62,818 nucleotides of DNA from Chrysemys picta bellii (taxonomy: Eukaryota), in NCBI RefSeq assembly GCF_011386835.1, contig NC_088807.1:23064001-23126818 (forward strand). Reading direction: 5' to 3'. Below the pieces are notes generated by a model. The model did no database searches. It was given only the letters and a program-made list of their open reading frames with translations, and was not told the origin of the DNA. A program made the translations under genes and the position numbers. Below are positions 43,128 to 59,780 of the stretch, one piece after another. Within the stretch, counting starts at the first letter, position 1, and every line of letters begins with the position of its first letter.

Positions 43128-46100
43128 ATGTGTGTCCCTGGCGCCCCCTGCTGGAGGGGCCGGGCCCTGCGCTGTGTGTGTGTCCCTGGCGCCCCCTGCT
43201 GGAGGGGCCGGGCCCTGCGCTCTGTGTGTCCCTGGCGCCCCCTGCTGGAGGGACCGGGCCCCGCGCTCTGTGTGTGTCCCTGGCGCCCCCTGCTGGAGGG
43301 GCCGGGCCCTGCGCTCTGTGTGTGTCCCTGGCGCCCCCTGCTGGAGGGGCCGGGCCCCGCGCTCTGTGTGTGTCCCTGGCGCCCCCTGCTGGAGGGGCCG
43401 GGCCCTGCGCTGTGTGTGTGTCCCTGGCGCCCCCTGCTGAAGGGGCCGGGCCCTGCGCTGTGTGTGTCCCTGGCGCCCCCTGCTGGAGGGGCCGGGCCCT
43501 GCGCTGTGTGTGTCCCTGGCGCCCCCTGCTGGAGGGGCCGGGCCCTGCGCTCTGTGTGTCCCTGGCGCCCCCTGCTGGAGGGACCGGGCCCCGCGCTCTG
43601 TGTGTGTCCCTGGCGCCCCCTGCTGGAGGGGCCGGGCCCTGCGCTCTGTGTGTGTCCCTGGCGCCCCCTGCTGGAGGGGCCGGGCCCCGCGCTCTGTGTG
43701 TGTCCCTGGCGCCCCCTGCTGGAGGGGCCGGGCCCTGCGCTGTGTGTGTGTCCCTGGCGCCCCCTGCTGGAGGGGCCGGGCCCCGCGCTGTGTGTGTGTG
43801 TCCCTGGCGCCCCCTGCTGGAGGGGCCGGGCCCTGCGCTGTGTGTGTGTGTGTCCCTGGCGCCCCCTGCTGGAGGGGCCGGGCCCTGCGCTGTGTGTGTG
43901 TCCCTGGCGCCCCCTGCTGGAGGGGCCGGGCCCCGCGCTCTGTGTGTGTCCCTGGCGCCCCCTGCTGGAGGGGCCGGGCCCCGCGCTGTGTGTGTGTGTC
44001 CCTGGCGCCCCCTGCTGGAGGGGCCGGGCCCGCGCTGTGTGTGTGTGTGTCCCTGGCGCCCCCTGCTGGAGGGGCCGGGCCTCGCGCTGTGTGTGTGTCC
44101 CTGGCGCCCCCTGCTGGAGGGGCCGGGCCCTGCGCTGTGTGTGTCCCTGGCGCCCCCTGCTGGAGGGGCCGGGCCCCGCGCTGTGTGTGTGTCCCTGGCG
44201 CCCCCTGCTGGAGGGGCCGGGCCCTGCGCTGGGTGTGTCCCTGCGCCCCCTGCTGGAGGGGCCGGGCCCCGCGCTCTGTGTGTGTCCCTGCGCCCCCTGC
44301 TGGAGGGGCCGGGCCCCGCGCTCTGTGTGTGTCCCTGGCGCCCCCTGCTGGAGGGGCCGGGCCCTGCGCTGTGTGTGTCCCTGGCGCCCCCTGCTGGAGG
44401 GGCCGGGCCCTGCGCTGGGTGTGTCCCTGCGCCCCCTGCTGGAGGGGCCGGGCCCCGCGCTCTGTGTGTGTCCCTGGCGCCCCCTGCTGGAGGGGCCGGG
44501 CCCTGCGCTGTGTGTGTGTCCCTGGTGCCCCCGCTGGAGGGGCCGGGCCCCGCGCTGTGTGTGTGTCCCTGGCGCCCCCTGCTGGAGGGGCCGGGCCCTG
44601 CGCTGGGTGTGTCCCTGGCGCCCCCTGCTGGAGGGGCCGGGCCCTGCGCTGTGTGTGTGTCCCTGGCGCCCCCTGCTGGAGGGGCCGGGCCCTGCGCTGT
44701 GTGTGTGTGTCCCTGGCGCCCCCTGCTGGAGGGGCCGGGCCCTGCGCTGTGTGTGTGTCCCTGGCGCCCCCTGCTGGAGGGGCCGGGCCCTGCGCTGGGT
44801 GTGTCCCTGGCGCCCCCTGCTGGAGGGGCCGGGCCCTGCGCTCTGTGTGTGTCCCTGGCGCCCCCTGCTGGAGGAGACGGGCCCTGCGCTGTGTGTGTGT
44901 CCCTGGTGCCCCCGCTGGAGGGGCCGGGCCCCGCGCTGTGTGTGTGTCCCTGGCGCCCCCTGCTGGAGGGGCCGGGCCCTGCGCTCTGTGTGTGTGTCCC
45001 TGGCGCCCCCTGCTGGAGGGGCCGGGCCCTGCGCTGTGTGTGTCCCTGGCGCCCCCTGCTGGAGGGGCCGGGCCCCGCGCTGTGTGTGTGTGTCCCTGGC
45101 GCCCCCTGCTGGAGGGGCCGGGCCCTGCGCTCTGTGTGTGTCCCTGGCGCCCCCTGCTGGAGGAGACGGGCCCTGCGCTGTGTGTGTGTCCCTGCGCCCC
45201 CTGCTGGAGGGGCCGGGCCCTGCACTGTGTGTGTCCCTGGCGCCCCCTGCTGGAGGGGCCGGGCCCTGCGCTGGGTGTGTCCCTGGCGCCCCCTGCTGGA
45301 GGGGCCGGGCCCCGCGCTGTGTGTGTCCCTGGCGCCCCCTGCTGGAGGGGCCGGGCCCCGCGCTGTGTGTGTGTCCCTGCGCCCCCTGCTGGAGGGGCCG
45401 GGCCCTGCACTGTGTGTGTGTCCCTGGCGCCCCCCGCTGGAGGGGCCGGGCCCTGCGCTGTGTGTGTGTCCCTGGCGCCCCCTGCTGGAGGGGCCGGGCC
45501 CCGCGCTCTGTGTGTCCCTGGCGCCCCCTGCTGGAGGGGCCGGGCCCTGCGCTGTGTGTGTGTCCCTGGCGCCTCCTGCTGGAGGGGCCGGGCCCCGCGC
45601 TGTGTGTGTGTCCCTGGCGCGCCCTGCTGGAGGGGCCGGGCCCTGCGCTCTGTTTGTGTCCCTGCGCCCCCTGCTGGAGGGGCCGGGCCCTGCCCTGTGT
45701 GTGTGTCCCTGGCGCCCCCTGCTGGAGGGGCCGGGCCCCGCGCTGAGTGTGTGTCCCTGGCGCCCCCTGCTGGAGGGGCCGGGCCCCGCGCTGAGTGTGT
45801 GTCCCTGCGCCCCCTGCTGGAGGGGCCGGGCCCTGCGCTGTGTGTGTGTCCCTAGCGCCCCCTGCTGGAGGGGCCGGGCCCCGCGCTGTGTGTGTGTCCC
45901 TGGCGCGCCCTGCTGGAGGGCCCGGGCCCCGCGCTGTGTGTGTGTCCCTGGCGCCCCCTGCTGGAGGGGCCGGGCCCCGCGCTGAGTGTGTGTCCCTGGC
46001 GCCCCCTGCTGGAGGGGCCGGGCCCTGCGCTGTGTGTGTGTCCCTGCGCCCCCTGCTGGAGGGGCCGGGCCCCGCGCTGGGTGTGTCCCTGGCGCCCCCT

Positions 46101-47022
46101 GCTGGAGGGGCCGGGCCCCGCGCTGTGTGTGTGTCCCTGGCGCCCCCTGCTGGAGGGGCCGGGCCCCGCGCTGTGTGTGTGTCCCTGGCGCCCCCTGCTG
46201 GAGGGGCCGGGCCCCGCGCTGTGTGTGTCCCTGGCGCCCCCTGCTGGAGGGGCCGGGCCCCGCGCTGTGTGTGTGTCCCTGGCGCCCCCTGCTGGAGGGG
46301 CCGGGCCCCGCGCTGTGTGTGTGTCCCTGGCGCCCCCTGCTGGAGGGGCCGGGCCCTGCGCTTTGTGTGTGTCCCTGGCGCCCCCTGCTGGAGGGGCCGG
46401 GCCCTGCGCTGTGTGTGTGTCCCTGGCGCCCCCTGCTGGAGGGGCCGGGCCCTGCGCTCTGTGTGTCCCTGGCGCCCCCTGCTGGAGGGGCCGGGCCCTG
46501 CGCTCTGTGTGTCCCTGGCGCCCCCTGCTGGAGGGGCCGGGCCCTGCGCTCTGTGTGTGTCCCTGGCGCCCCCTGCTGGAGGGGCCGGGCCCCGCGCTGT
46601 GTGTGTCCCTGGCGCCCCCTGCTGGAGGGGCCGGGCCCCGCGCTGTGTGTGTGTCCCTGGCGCCCCCCGCTGGAGGGGCCGGGCCCTGCGCTTTGTGTGT
46701 GTCCCTGGCGCCCCCTGCTGGAGGGGCCGGGCCCTGCGCTGAGTGTGTGTCCCTGGCGCCCCCTGCTGGAGGGGCCGGGCCCTGCGCTGTGTGTGTGTCC
46801 CTGGCGCCCCCTGCTGGAGGGGCCGGGCCCTGCGCTCTGTGTGTCCCTGGCGCCCCCTGCTGGAGGGGCCGGGCCCTGCGCTGTGTGTGTGTCCCTGGCG
46901 CCCCCTGCTGGAGGGGCCGGGCCCTGCACTGTGTGTGTGTCCCTGGCGCCCCCTGCTGGAGGGGCCGGGCCCTGCGCTGTGTGTGTCCCTGGCGCCCCCT
47001 GCTGGAGGGGCCGGGCCCTGCT
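43128..47022. repeat. CTCF-motif minisatellite, ~44-bp unit, roughly 85-90 copies
   Basis: Unit tccctggcgccccctgctggaggggccgggccc(t/c)gcgct(g/c)tgtgtgtg; the minus strand reads CCTCCAGCAGGGGGCGCCA. Confidence 0.95.
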
Positions 47023-47304
47023 CCTCACCGCCCCCGCCCCAGTTGCTGATCGGGATGAACCATTCCAGCCTGGGGATCCTAACCCAGAGCCCCCCTCTTT
47101 CCCCACCCCCCTCCTTCCCTGCGCGGGGAGAGCCCCCCAGCCCCCCCCCTCCCTGCAAGGAGAGAGCCCCCTCCCCTTCCCTCCCAGCCTGCGCCGGAAG
47201 AGCCCCTCCCCTCCCCGGGATGGCAGAGTCCCCTCCCCCTTCCTCCCTGCCACGGGGGAGCCCCTCCCCCTCCTGTCCCCACCCCCCGCCCCACCCCGCC
47301 GCCG

Positions 47305-47330
47305 TTCAGCACCGCGGGGCGGACAGCTCC
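47305..47330 (+). promoter_or_regulatory. Non-canonical (7-nt linker) RE1/NRSE in the SYT5 5' CpG island
   Basis: TTCAGCACC-gcggggc-GGACAGCTCC, compared with canonical TTCAGCACC-NN-GGACAGCGCC. Confidence 0.55.
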
Positions 47331-47369
47331 GAGCCCCGCTCCGCCGCCCCTGCGCCTGCCCCCCGCCGC

Positions 47370-47382
47370 GATGGAGGGAGAC
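47370..47382 (+). CDS. SYT5: Candidate upstream coding first exon of SYT5 (MEGD-G)
   Basis: gccgcgATGG Kozak in a CpG island, donor ACG|GTAGGA. The 13 nt plus 8 nt of the 53176 exon are in frame with ATG 53184, giving MEGDGAKMNAARR. Confidence 0.45.
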
Positions 47383-48419
47383 GGTAGGAGCCCCCCGCCC
47401 CCACTCCCCCATGGGAACAGCCGGCGCTGAGGACTTGGGGGGTCTCGAACTGCGGGGGGGGGGGAACAAAGCCGCGGGGCGGGGAGCGGCTGAAGGGTCC
47501 GACCGCGGCTGGGAGAGGGGGGGCTGACCGTGGCTCCGGGCCGGGTGCCGGCTGGGTCCATCGGTGTCACTCTGGAGTGACACCCGTTTACACAGGCTGA
47601 GGATCCGTCCCTGTGTCTTGATGGGCAAATTCGCTCCATAGAGGGCCAGAGACTCAGCTGGTGTCTAAAGGGGTGTCACTCCAGAGTGACTCTGAGTCAC
47701 ACCAGCTGGGGGTCTGGCCCCACTGATCCAATGGAGCTGCGGGCTGATGGCCCCAGTTGAGGGTTGGCCCCATTGACCCCAATGGAACTACAGCAGATGG
47801 ACCTAGCTGGGGGTCTGGCCCCATTGACCCCAGTGGAGCTACGGCCACTGGCCCAGCTGGGGGTCTGGCCCCATTGACCCCAATGGAGCTGCAGCCACTG
47901 AATACTGGCCCCCTTGGGGAGCGGTGAGGGTCTGATGGACAGAGGGGAGCTCCCGGCCCTGGGTGAGGTGGGGGGGACCTGGGGTCAGATTCCGGGAGGG
48001 GGCTGGGCTGGAAGCGGAGTCATGCTGGGAATTCGGAGGATCGATATCCCGGCGCTGCCGGCTCCCATCCGGTGTGGGTCTCATGGGACCCGGGGCGCCG
48101 GAGGCTCCTGGCTGGCTCCGGAGCTGACTCACGGCGGCTGGGGCTGGGGAGGAGCCCGTCTCTTGCCCTGATGCCCCAAGTGGGGGCACCCGCTGACCAC
48201 CAGGGCCAGGCAGCGGCCGGCGCAGATCGATGGGGTCGGCAAGGTGGGGTCCAACTTAACAGGTGAAACCATCTCTCCAGCCACAGACCCACCGACCATC
48301 CCCGGTCAGGCCAGCTGGGGGGCTGGCCCCATGGATCCAGTGGAGCTGCGGCCGATGGGCGATGTCCAGTGCTCAAAGCACATGCCCTGTAGCACAGACC
48401 CTGTGTGGGTGGTGGTGCG

Positions 48420-48818
48420 GGGGGTTGGAGCCAGGACTCCTGGGTTCTCTCCTGGCTCTGGGAGGGGAGTGGGGGCTGGTGGTTAGAGCAGGGGGGGCTG
48501 GGAGCCAGGACTCCTGGGTTCTCTCCTGGCTCTGGGAGGGGAGTGGGGGCTGGTGGTTAGAGCCGGGGGGAGCTGGGAACCAGGACTCCTGGGTTCTCTC
48601 CTGGCTCTGGGAGGGGAGTGGGGGCTGGTGGTTAGAGCAGGGGGGGCTGGGAGCCAGGACTCCTGGGTTCTCTCCTGGCTCTGGGAGGGGAGTGGGGGCT
48701 GGTGGTTAGAGCAGGGGGGGCTGGGAGCCAGGACTCCTGGGTTCTCTCCTGGCTCTGGGAGGGGAGTGGGGGCTGGTGGTTAGAACAGGGGAGGCTGGGA
48801 GCCAGGACTCCTGGGTTC
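48420..48818. repeat. Tandem array of the ~75-bp SINE-head-like unit, ~5 copies
   Basis: ggagccaggactcctgggttctctcctggctctgggaggggagtgggggctggtggttagagcagggggggct. Confidence 0.9.
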
Positions 48819-49029
48819 TCCCCAGCTCACTTGCCCCCTGGCTGGGCCCCGGGCTTGCAGCGCGTTGGGTTTCGTGGCGGGGCGGGGGCTGTTGTGGTGC
48901 GGAAGGGCCCAGCTGTTGCGGCTGCTCCTGCCTCGGGGCACACGGGGGTGTGTGGGAAACACACGTACGCAGGGAGTCAGAACCGGAAAACCGCACATGC
49001 AGGCAGGACACGTGCACCCGCTCTGCCAG

Positions 49030-49445
49030 CCCGGCCCTGGGCTCCCCCCCTGCACCGGTGCCCCTCACTCCCGACCCGCAGCCCCTGGGCTCCCCCCAGC
49101 TCTGCCGGTGCCCCTCACTCCCGATCCACAGCCCCTGGGCTCCCCCCAGCTCTGCCGGTGCCCCTCACTCCCGACCCGCAGCCCCTGGGCTCCCCCCAGC
49201 TCTGCTGGTGCCCCTCACTCCCGACCCGCAGGCCCTGGGCTCCCCCCAGCTCTGCCGGTGCCCCTCACTCCCGACCCGCAGCCCCTGGGCTCCCCCCAGC
49301 TCTGCTGGTGCCCCTCACTCCCGACCCGCAGGCCCTGGGCTCCCCCCAGCTCTGCCGGTGCCCCTCACTCCCGACCCGCAGCCCCTGGGCTCCCCCCAGC
49401 TCTGCCGGTGCCCCTCACTCCCGATCCGCAGCCCCTGCTAGCCCA
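49030..49445. repeat. ~59-bp tandem repeat, ~7 copies
   Basis: ccctgggctccccccagctctgccggtgcccctcactcccgacccgcagc; the same family occurs in many introns in both orientations. Confidence 0.9.
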
Positions 49446-51174
49446 GCTCCGGGCTCCCCCCTTACACAGCTTTTCCCCTGTCCCCACCCCCAGGGGAAGC
49501 CTTTACAGGGTGGGGGGTTCAGTTCTTCTGGCCTATTCAGCCATATCGCCCCCCGTTGCTGAGGCTGTGAGTTCGTGCCCCTCGGAGGTTGTGCTGTAAC
49601 AGGGCCCCGGCCCCACTTCCGATGGGGCTCAAGCCCAGAAAACTCATTTCACGGCGGTGGGAAATGGCAGCGGGGGAGAGGTTGGCTGACTCAGAGAACC
49701 CACCTCCCAGAGCTAGAGAGAGAACCCAGGAGTCCTGGCTCCCAGCCCCCCACGCCCCCCCTCTAACCACTAGACCCCACTCCCCTCCCAGAGCCAGGGA
49801 GAGAACCCAGGAGTTGTGATACACTGCGTCACTCCGCTGACACTGTCCGACGTTTTCATTAAAGTGATGTGGTTCCCCCAGCCCCACAGCGCGGACGTCG
49901 GGCTGACGGGTGGGGACGTGTGTTCGGGGCTTTGTCTGTTGGCCTTTGGGGGCTGGGGGCTGCCCTGAGCCAGCCAGTCCCTGCCCTGGGACCGGATGGG
50001 AGCCGGCGACCCCTAGAGGGGACAGGCCCCGTGCCCCATTTCCTGCCCCCCTGAGCCAGCCAGTCCCTGCCCTGGGGCCAGATGGGAGCCAGCACCCCCT
50101 AGAGGGGATAGGCCCTGTGTCCCATTCCCTGCCCCCCTGAGCCAGCCAGTCCCTGCCCTGGGGCCGGATGGGAGCCAGCGCCCCCTAGAGGGGACAGGCC
50201 CCGTGCCCCATGCCTCCTTCCATGGTGGTGTTTTCCGGTGGTTGCTCTGTTTGACGAAGGCCTGGGCTGACGGGCGCTGGCGGGGGGGTGGGGGGAGCTG
50301 TCACCCAGCTCTGCACAAGCGGGCGTCTGGGCCCGGGGCGGCAAGATTGCGTGAGCAAGAGACAGAGACAGAGACAGAGCCGGCCGGCGCTGGCTGAGCA
50401 GTCACAGGGGCCGAGGGGCCCACGGCTCCGATCTGGGGCAGGGGCCGGATCCTGCGCTAGACGGGCCCGAGGGTTTGAGCCGGGGGTGTGGGGGGCGGTT
50501 ACCTGTGTTACCCTGGGTCTGTGCACATCCAGCCATAGGAAGCAGGCAGCTGGGTTTGTGCTTAAAGCACTCGACTGCGAGCCAGGACGTCTGGGTCCTT
50601 TCCCCAGATTCAAACCCCACCCCGCCCGAGATGGGAGCCCGTCACGCCGGGCACTGCCCAGGCCTGGCCCCCGCCCCAGCTGGAGCCAGGCCCTGCCCGC
50701 CCCAGGGAGCTCACAGCCTGAATCAAGGGGGGCTTGTGCTTTCATGAGGGGAAACTGAGGCCCAGGGCGGGCCCAGACCCACAGAGGAGGCGTCTGGAAC
50801 TGGACCCAGGCATCCCACGGGCCAGGCGGAGGTGGTGAGACCCTGCCCGGGCCGGGGGAGGTGAAGGCTCCAGCCCCGATGACGCCCGCCCCACGACGTG
50901 CAGCGCCGCTCGCTCCCCGCCCGGCACTGGGTCAATCCTGCTGGTTGGGGGGCGGGGTAGGAATTAATCCACTCGGCTCCATCTGTGAGCTGGGGGGGGG
51001 GATTAGTGAGCAGGGCCGGCCCCAGGCTCTTTAACGGGCTCTAATGGGATCAGAGCCTGGGAAGAGGGGGCAGGAGAGAGAGAAACTCCCCATCAGCCAG
51101 CCCCCAACATTCCCTGTCTGTCTGTCCCCCCTTCTAGCCAACCCCCCTCTCAGCCTCCAGCTATCGAGAAATCC

Positions 51175-51535
51175 CAATGCACCCTCTGTCCGGCCAGCCG
51201 GCCCCGGCCCCAAGCTAGCCAGCCCTCTACCCGTCCCCACCAGCCCGTCTCTCGGCCACCAGCCCCGGCCCCAAGCTAGCCAGCTCTCTACCCATCCCCA
51301 CCACCCCGTCTCTCGGCCACCAGCCAGCCAGCCAGCCCCAGCCCCAAACTAGCCACCCCTCTACCCGTCCCCACCACCCCGTCTCTCGGCCACCAGCCAG
51401 CCAGCCAGCCAGCCCCAGCCCCAAACTAGCCACCCCTCTACCCGTCCCCACCACCCCGTCTCTCGGCCACCAGCCAGCCAGCCCCGGCCCCAAGCTAGCC
51501 AGCCCTCTACCCGTCCTCACCACCCCCGTCTCTCT
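51175..51535. repeat. ~65-75-bp tandem repeat, ~5 copies
   Basis: gccccaagctagccagccctctacccgtccccaccaccccgtctctcggccaccagcc. Confidence 0.85.
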
Positions 51536-51899
51536 CCCACCAAAGGATACACCCACCCTCCCGGTGCTCTGCCTTGGGTAACCATGAAGACCGGCCTCTC
51601 TCCCATCCCCTGGGCTGGTGTGGGGGAGGATAGACTGGAAGGGACGACAACTCCCTGTGACACTGAGCGCAGCGCTGCCCCCTGCTGGGCAGGATCAGAG
51701 CACGCTCTGCTTTGTGGCATAGACCCTGCAGGGCAACTGGTTAATGGGGATTCTCCTCTGGCAACGCCAGGAATCCCCCATCCATGAGCTCCTCCCCACA
51801 CCTGGACAGTCAGCACTACACCCGGGTCCGTTTACAGCCCATTATGGAGTCAGACACTAACAGTACCTGGTATGGCAGGAAAGGTGTGGGGGGGGATCT

Positions 51900-52355
51900 A
51901 ATGGTTAGAGCAGGGGGGGCTGGTGGGTTAGAGCAGGGGGAGCTGGAAGCCAGAACTCCTGGGTTCTCTCCCCATCTCTAGGAGGAGAGTGAGGTACGGT
52001 GGTTAGAGCAGTGGGAGGCTGGGAGCCAGGACTCCTGGGTTCTCTCCCTGGCTCTGGAAGGGGAGTGAGGTCCAGTGGTTAGAGCAGTGGGGGGCTGGGA
52101 GCCAGGACTCCTGGGTTCTCTCCCCATCTCTAGGAGGAGAGTGAGGTACGGTGGTTAGAGCAGTGGGGGGCTGGGAGCCAGGACTCCTGGGTTCTCTCCC
52201 TGGCTCTGGAAGGGGAGTGAGGTCCAGTGGTTAGAGCAGTGGGGGGCTGGGAGCCAGGACTCCTGGGTTCTCTCCCTGGCTCTGGAAGGGGAATGAGGTC
52301 CAGTGGTTAGAGCAGTGGGGGTCTGGGAGCCAGGACTCCTGGGTTCGATTCCTCA
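51900..52355. repeat. Tandem array of the SINE-head-like unit ending in a consensus B box
   Basis: ~77-bp units gtggttagagcagtggggggctgggagccaggactcctgggttctctccc; the last unit has GGGTTCGATTCC at 52341-52352. Confidence 0.85.
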
Positions 52356-53183
52356 CCCCGTGAAGTGCAGGGCGCAGAGGCAGTTTGCCAGCGGGGAGCA
52401 ACGCGAGCTCCAAGTCTGTGTTTGTGGCTCAGCCGTTGTCCCCCGGGGCGGCCCCGGCCCATTGCACAAAAGATGGAGGAGCCTGTCAGGGTCAGGACCA
52501 GCAGGGAGGCGCGTAGAACCGGGACTCAGTTTGATTGATTGCCCAGTTTGATTGTCCTTCTGCTGGGCGGGGGCTTCCCGGGCCTAGGTTCACACATTTA
52601 GGGCAAATCTTTTCAAACTGATCAAGCTAATTTGACCTATTTCCTGGATTCCCGACCTCGCCTGTGCGGTTAACGCCGGCGGCAACTTACAAGCGCCTTG
52701 CCAGGGCTAAACAACGCACACGTATAAGACCAGTACCTATCCTGAGCAAAACTGACCTAGTCAGTCAGCATCCCACATACCACCCCTCGCTGAAGGGACC
52801 CCCTCACCAAGGATCCCTAGGTTTTGCCCTGCCACAGCTCCGCTCTCTGATTTGGTGGCAGCAGTGGGATCCCGCAGTGCCTACCCCAGAAGCCAGGGGG
52901 AGACTGCTTGGGAGGGGGGTGGTATCTCCTCCTGCACAGACAAAGCCTCCTGCAGGGAGGGGTTGGTGGGGACCCCCCCACACACACAGAAATGGGGCTG
53001 GTAGTTAACACCCCCGCGAGATGTATGGGGCACTTGGGACAATTCCCACCTCTCTGAGCAATAGATTCAGGCTCTCGGCAGACTCAGGCGGGGGGGGGGG
53101 ACGGGCACCCTTGGGGCAGTCCCTCTGCCCCCGTGATGATCGGCTGACCCAGACCTGTGCCCTCCCCTCCCCCAGGTGCAAAG

Positions 53184-58179
<4,996 letters not shown>

Positions 58180-58424
58180 TGCCCCTTCCTCCCCCACATC
58201 CTGGCCTAGCCGGCAGGCAGCCGTCCCATCTCCCGTCCTGAGCGAGTGGGAACGTGTGGGTGAGGCGCCTCTGGAGAATGCGTGTGTGGGGTTGCCTGTG
58301 AGCCTGTTTCCTCTTTCAGAGCTGTTCCTGTTGAAACATCTTCAAGAAAACCTTCTGTTTCTGATCCGCTGTGTGAACCGTGAGGTTTGCGTTGTGTCGA
58401 GAAGCTGGTGAGAAGTCTACTATA

Positions 58425-59780
58425 GGGTTACTATAGGTTTACTATGGAGTTACCATAGGGTTACTGTGGGGTTACAATAGACTGCAGTAGGTTTACACAT
58501 CACGTTGTGCTGCCACATTTGAAAACTGGGTCTTGTGTGTAAACCTATTGTAAATCTGCTTACTAATAGCTTACAACAGGTTTACTTTAGGGCTACCATA
58601 GCTTTGCACGGGTGGACATCCAGCTAGGCCTCATGTAAATCTCTTGTAAATCTGTAGAGGAGGCATCCTAGAGCTTTCCACCTTTGGATCTCGCAAGTCT
58701 CCTGTGTGAAACGATTGTAGCTGTGTTTACTAAGGGTTTACAATATACTCATATACTTGGATGCTATAGCACAGTGCCACCTTTGAAAATTAAGCTTAAT
58801 CTGTAACCCTATTGGACATTTGATTCCTATATGTTTACTAATGGTTTACAACAGATTCACTCCATGGTTACACTTAGCTTCACATGTTTGGATGTTATGG
58901 TAGGGTGCCATATTTTAAAACTGGGCTTCATGTGTAATCCTGTTGTAAATCTAGTCATAATAGCTTTACTACTGATTGGCTCCAGGTTCACTTACAGCTT
59001 TACACAATGTGTTTATTATAGGCTTACAATATATTTACTATGGGTTTCACACAGGTATACTTTGGGTTTACTACAGGTTCATGACAAATTTACTATAGAT
59101 TTGTTGTGGTCTTATGATAGGTCTAATATAGGGTTACAACAGGTTACGGAGGGTTTACAACAGATTTACTATTACTTTACATTTTATTGAACATTAATGT
59201 AGTACATTATGACTACATTTTACTGTAGGCTTACAATGGGTTTACAACAGGTTCACTAAAGACTTACAACAGGTTCACTATGGTTTTACTATTAGCTTAC
59301 AAACATGTTTATTTCAGATTTACAGCAAGTTTGCTATTAGTTTACAAACATGGGTTTACAACAAGTTCACTATGGGTTTACAACAGGTTTACTGTTGTTT
59401 TACAAACATGTTTACTATAGACTTACAACAGGTTTGCTATATGTTTACTATAGGCTTACACTGAGTTTACTGTGGGTTTAGAACAGGTTCACTACGGATG
59501 TACCAGATGTTTACAACAAGTTTACTATTGGTTTACAAACATATTTTTCTATAGTCTTACAACAGGTTTTCTATATGGCTACTACAGGCTAGCAGTGACT
59601 TTACCATGGGTTTATAACAGGTTCACTACAGACTTACATGTTTATGATAGGTTTGCAACAGCTTCATGGTGGGTTTACAATGGGTTTAAAACAGGGTCAC
59701 TATGGGTTCACAGCAGGTATACTATTGGTTTACAAACATGTTTATTATAAGCTTACAACAGGTTTACAACAAGTGTACAC
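58425..59780. repeat. AT-rich degenerate short-period repeat downstream of the SYT5 stop
   Basis: Recurrent ttacaacaggtttactat(a/g)gg / ggtttacaa words; sharp drop in GC and CpG. Confidence 0.75.

Noticed and set aside
42844-47628. 1594-, 1352-, 1027- and 874-aa ORFs
   Set aside because: Translations of the 44-bp tandem array in multiple frames on both strands; no protein signal.
52298-52355. Possible tRNA gene (A- and B-box-like sequence)
   Set aside because: No acceptor stem or anticodon arm can be formed; better explained as a SINE-head-derived repeat.
58831-59750. Hydrophobic 119- and 92-aa ORFs
   Set aside because: Products of the AT-rich degenerate repeat; no ATG start or family resemblance.
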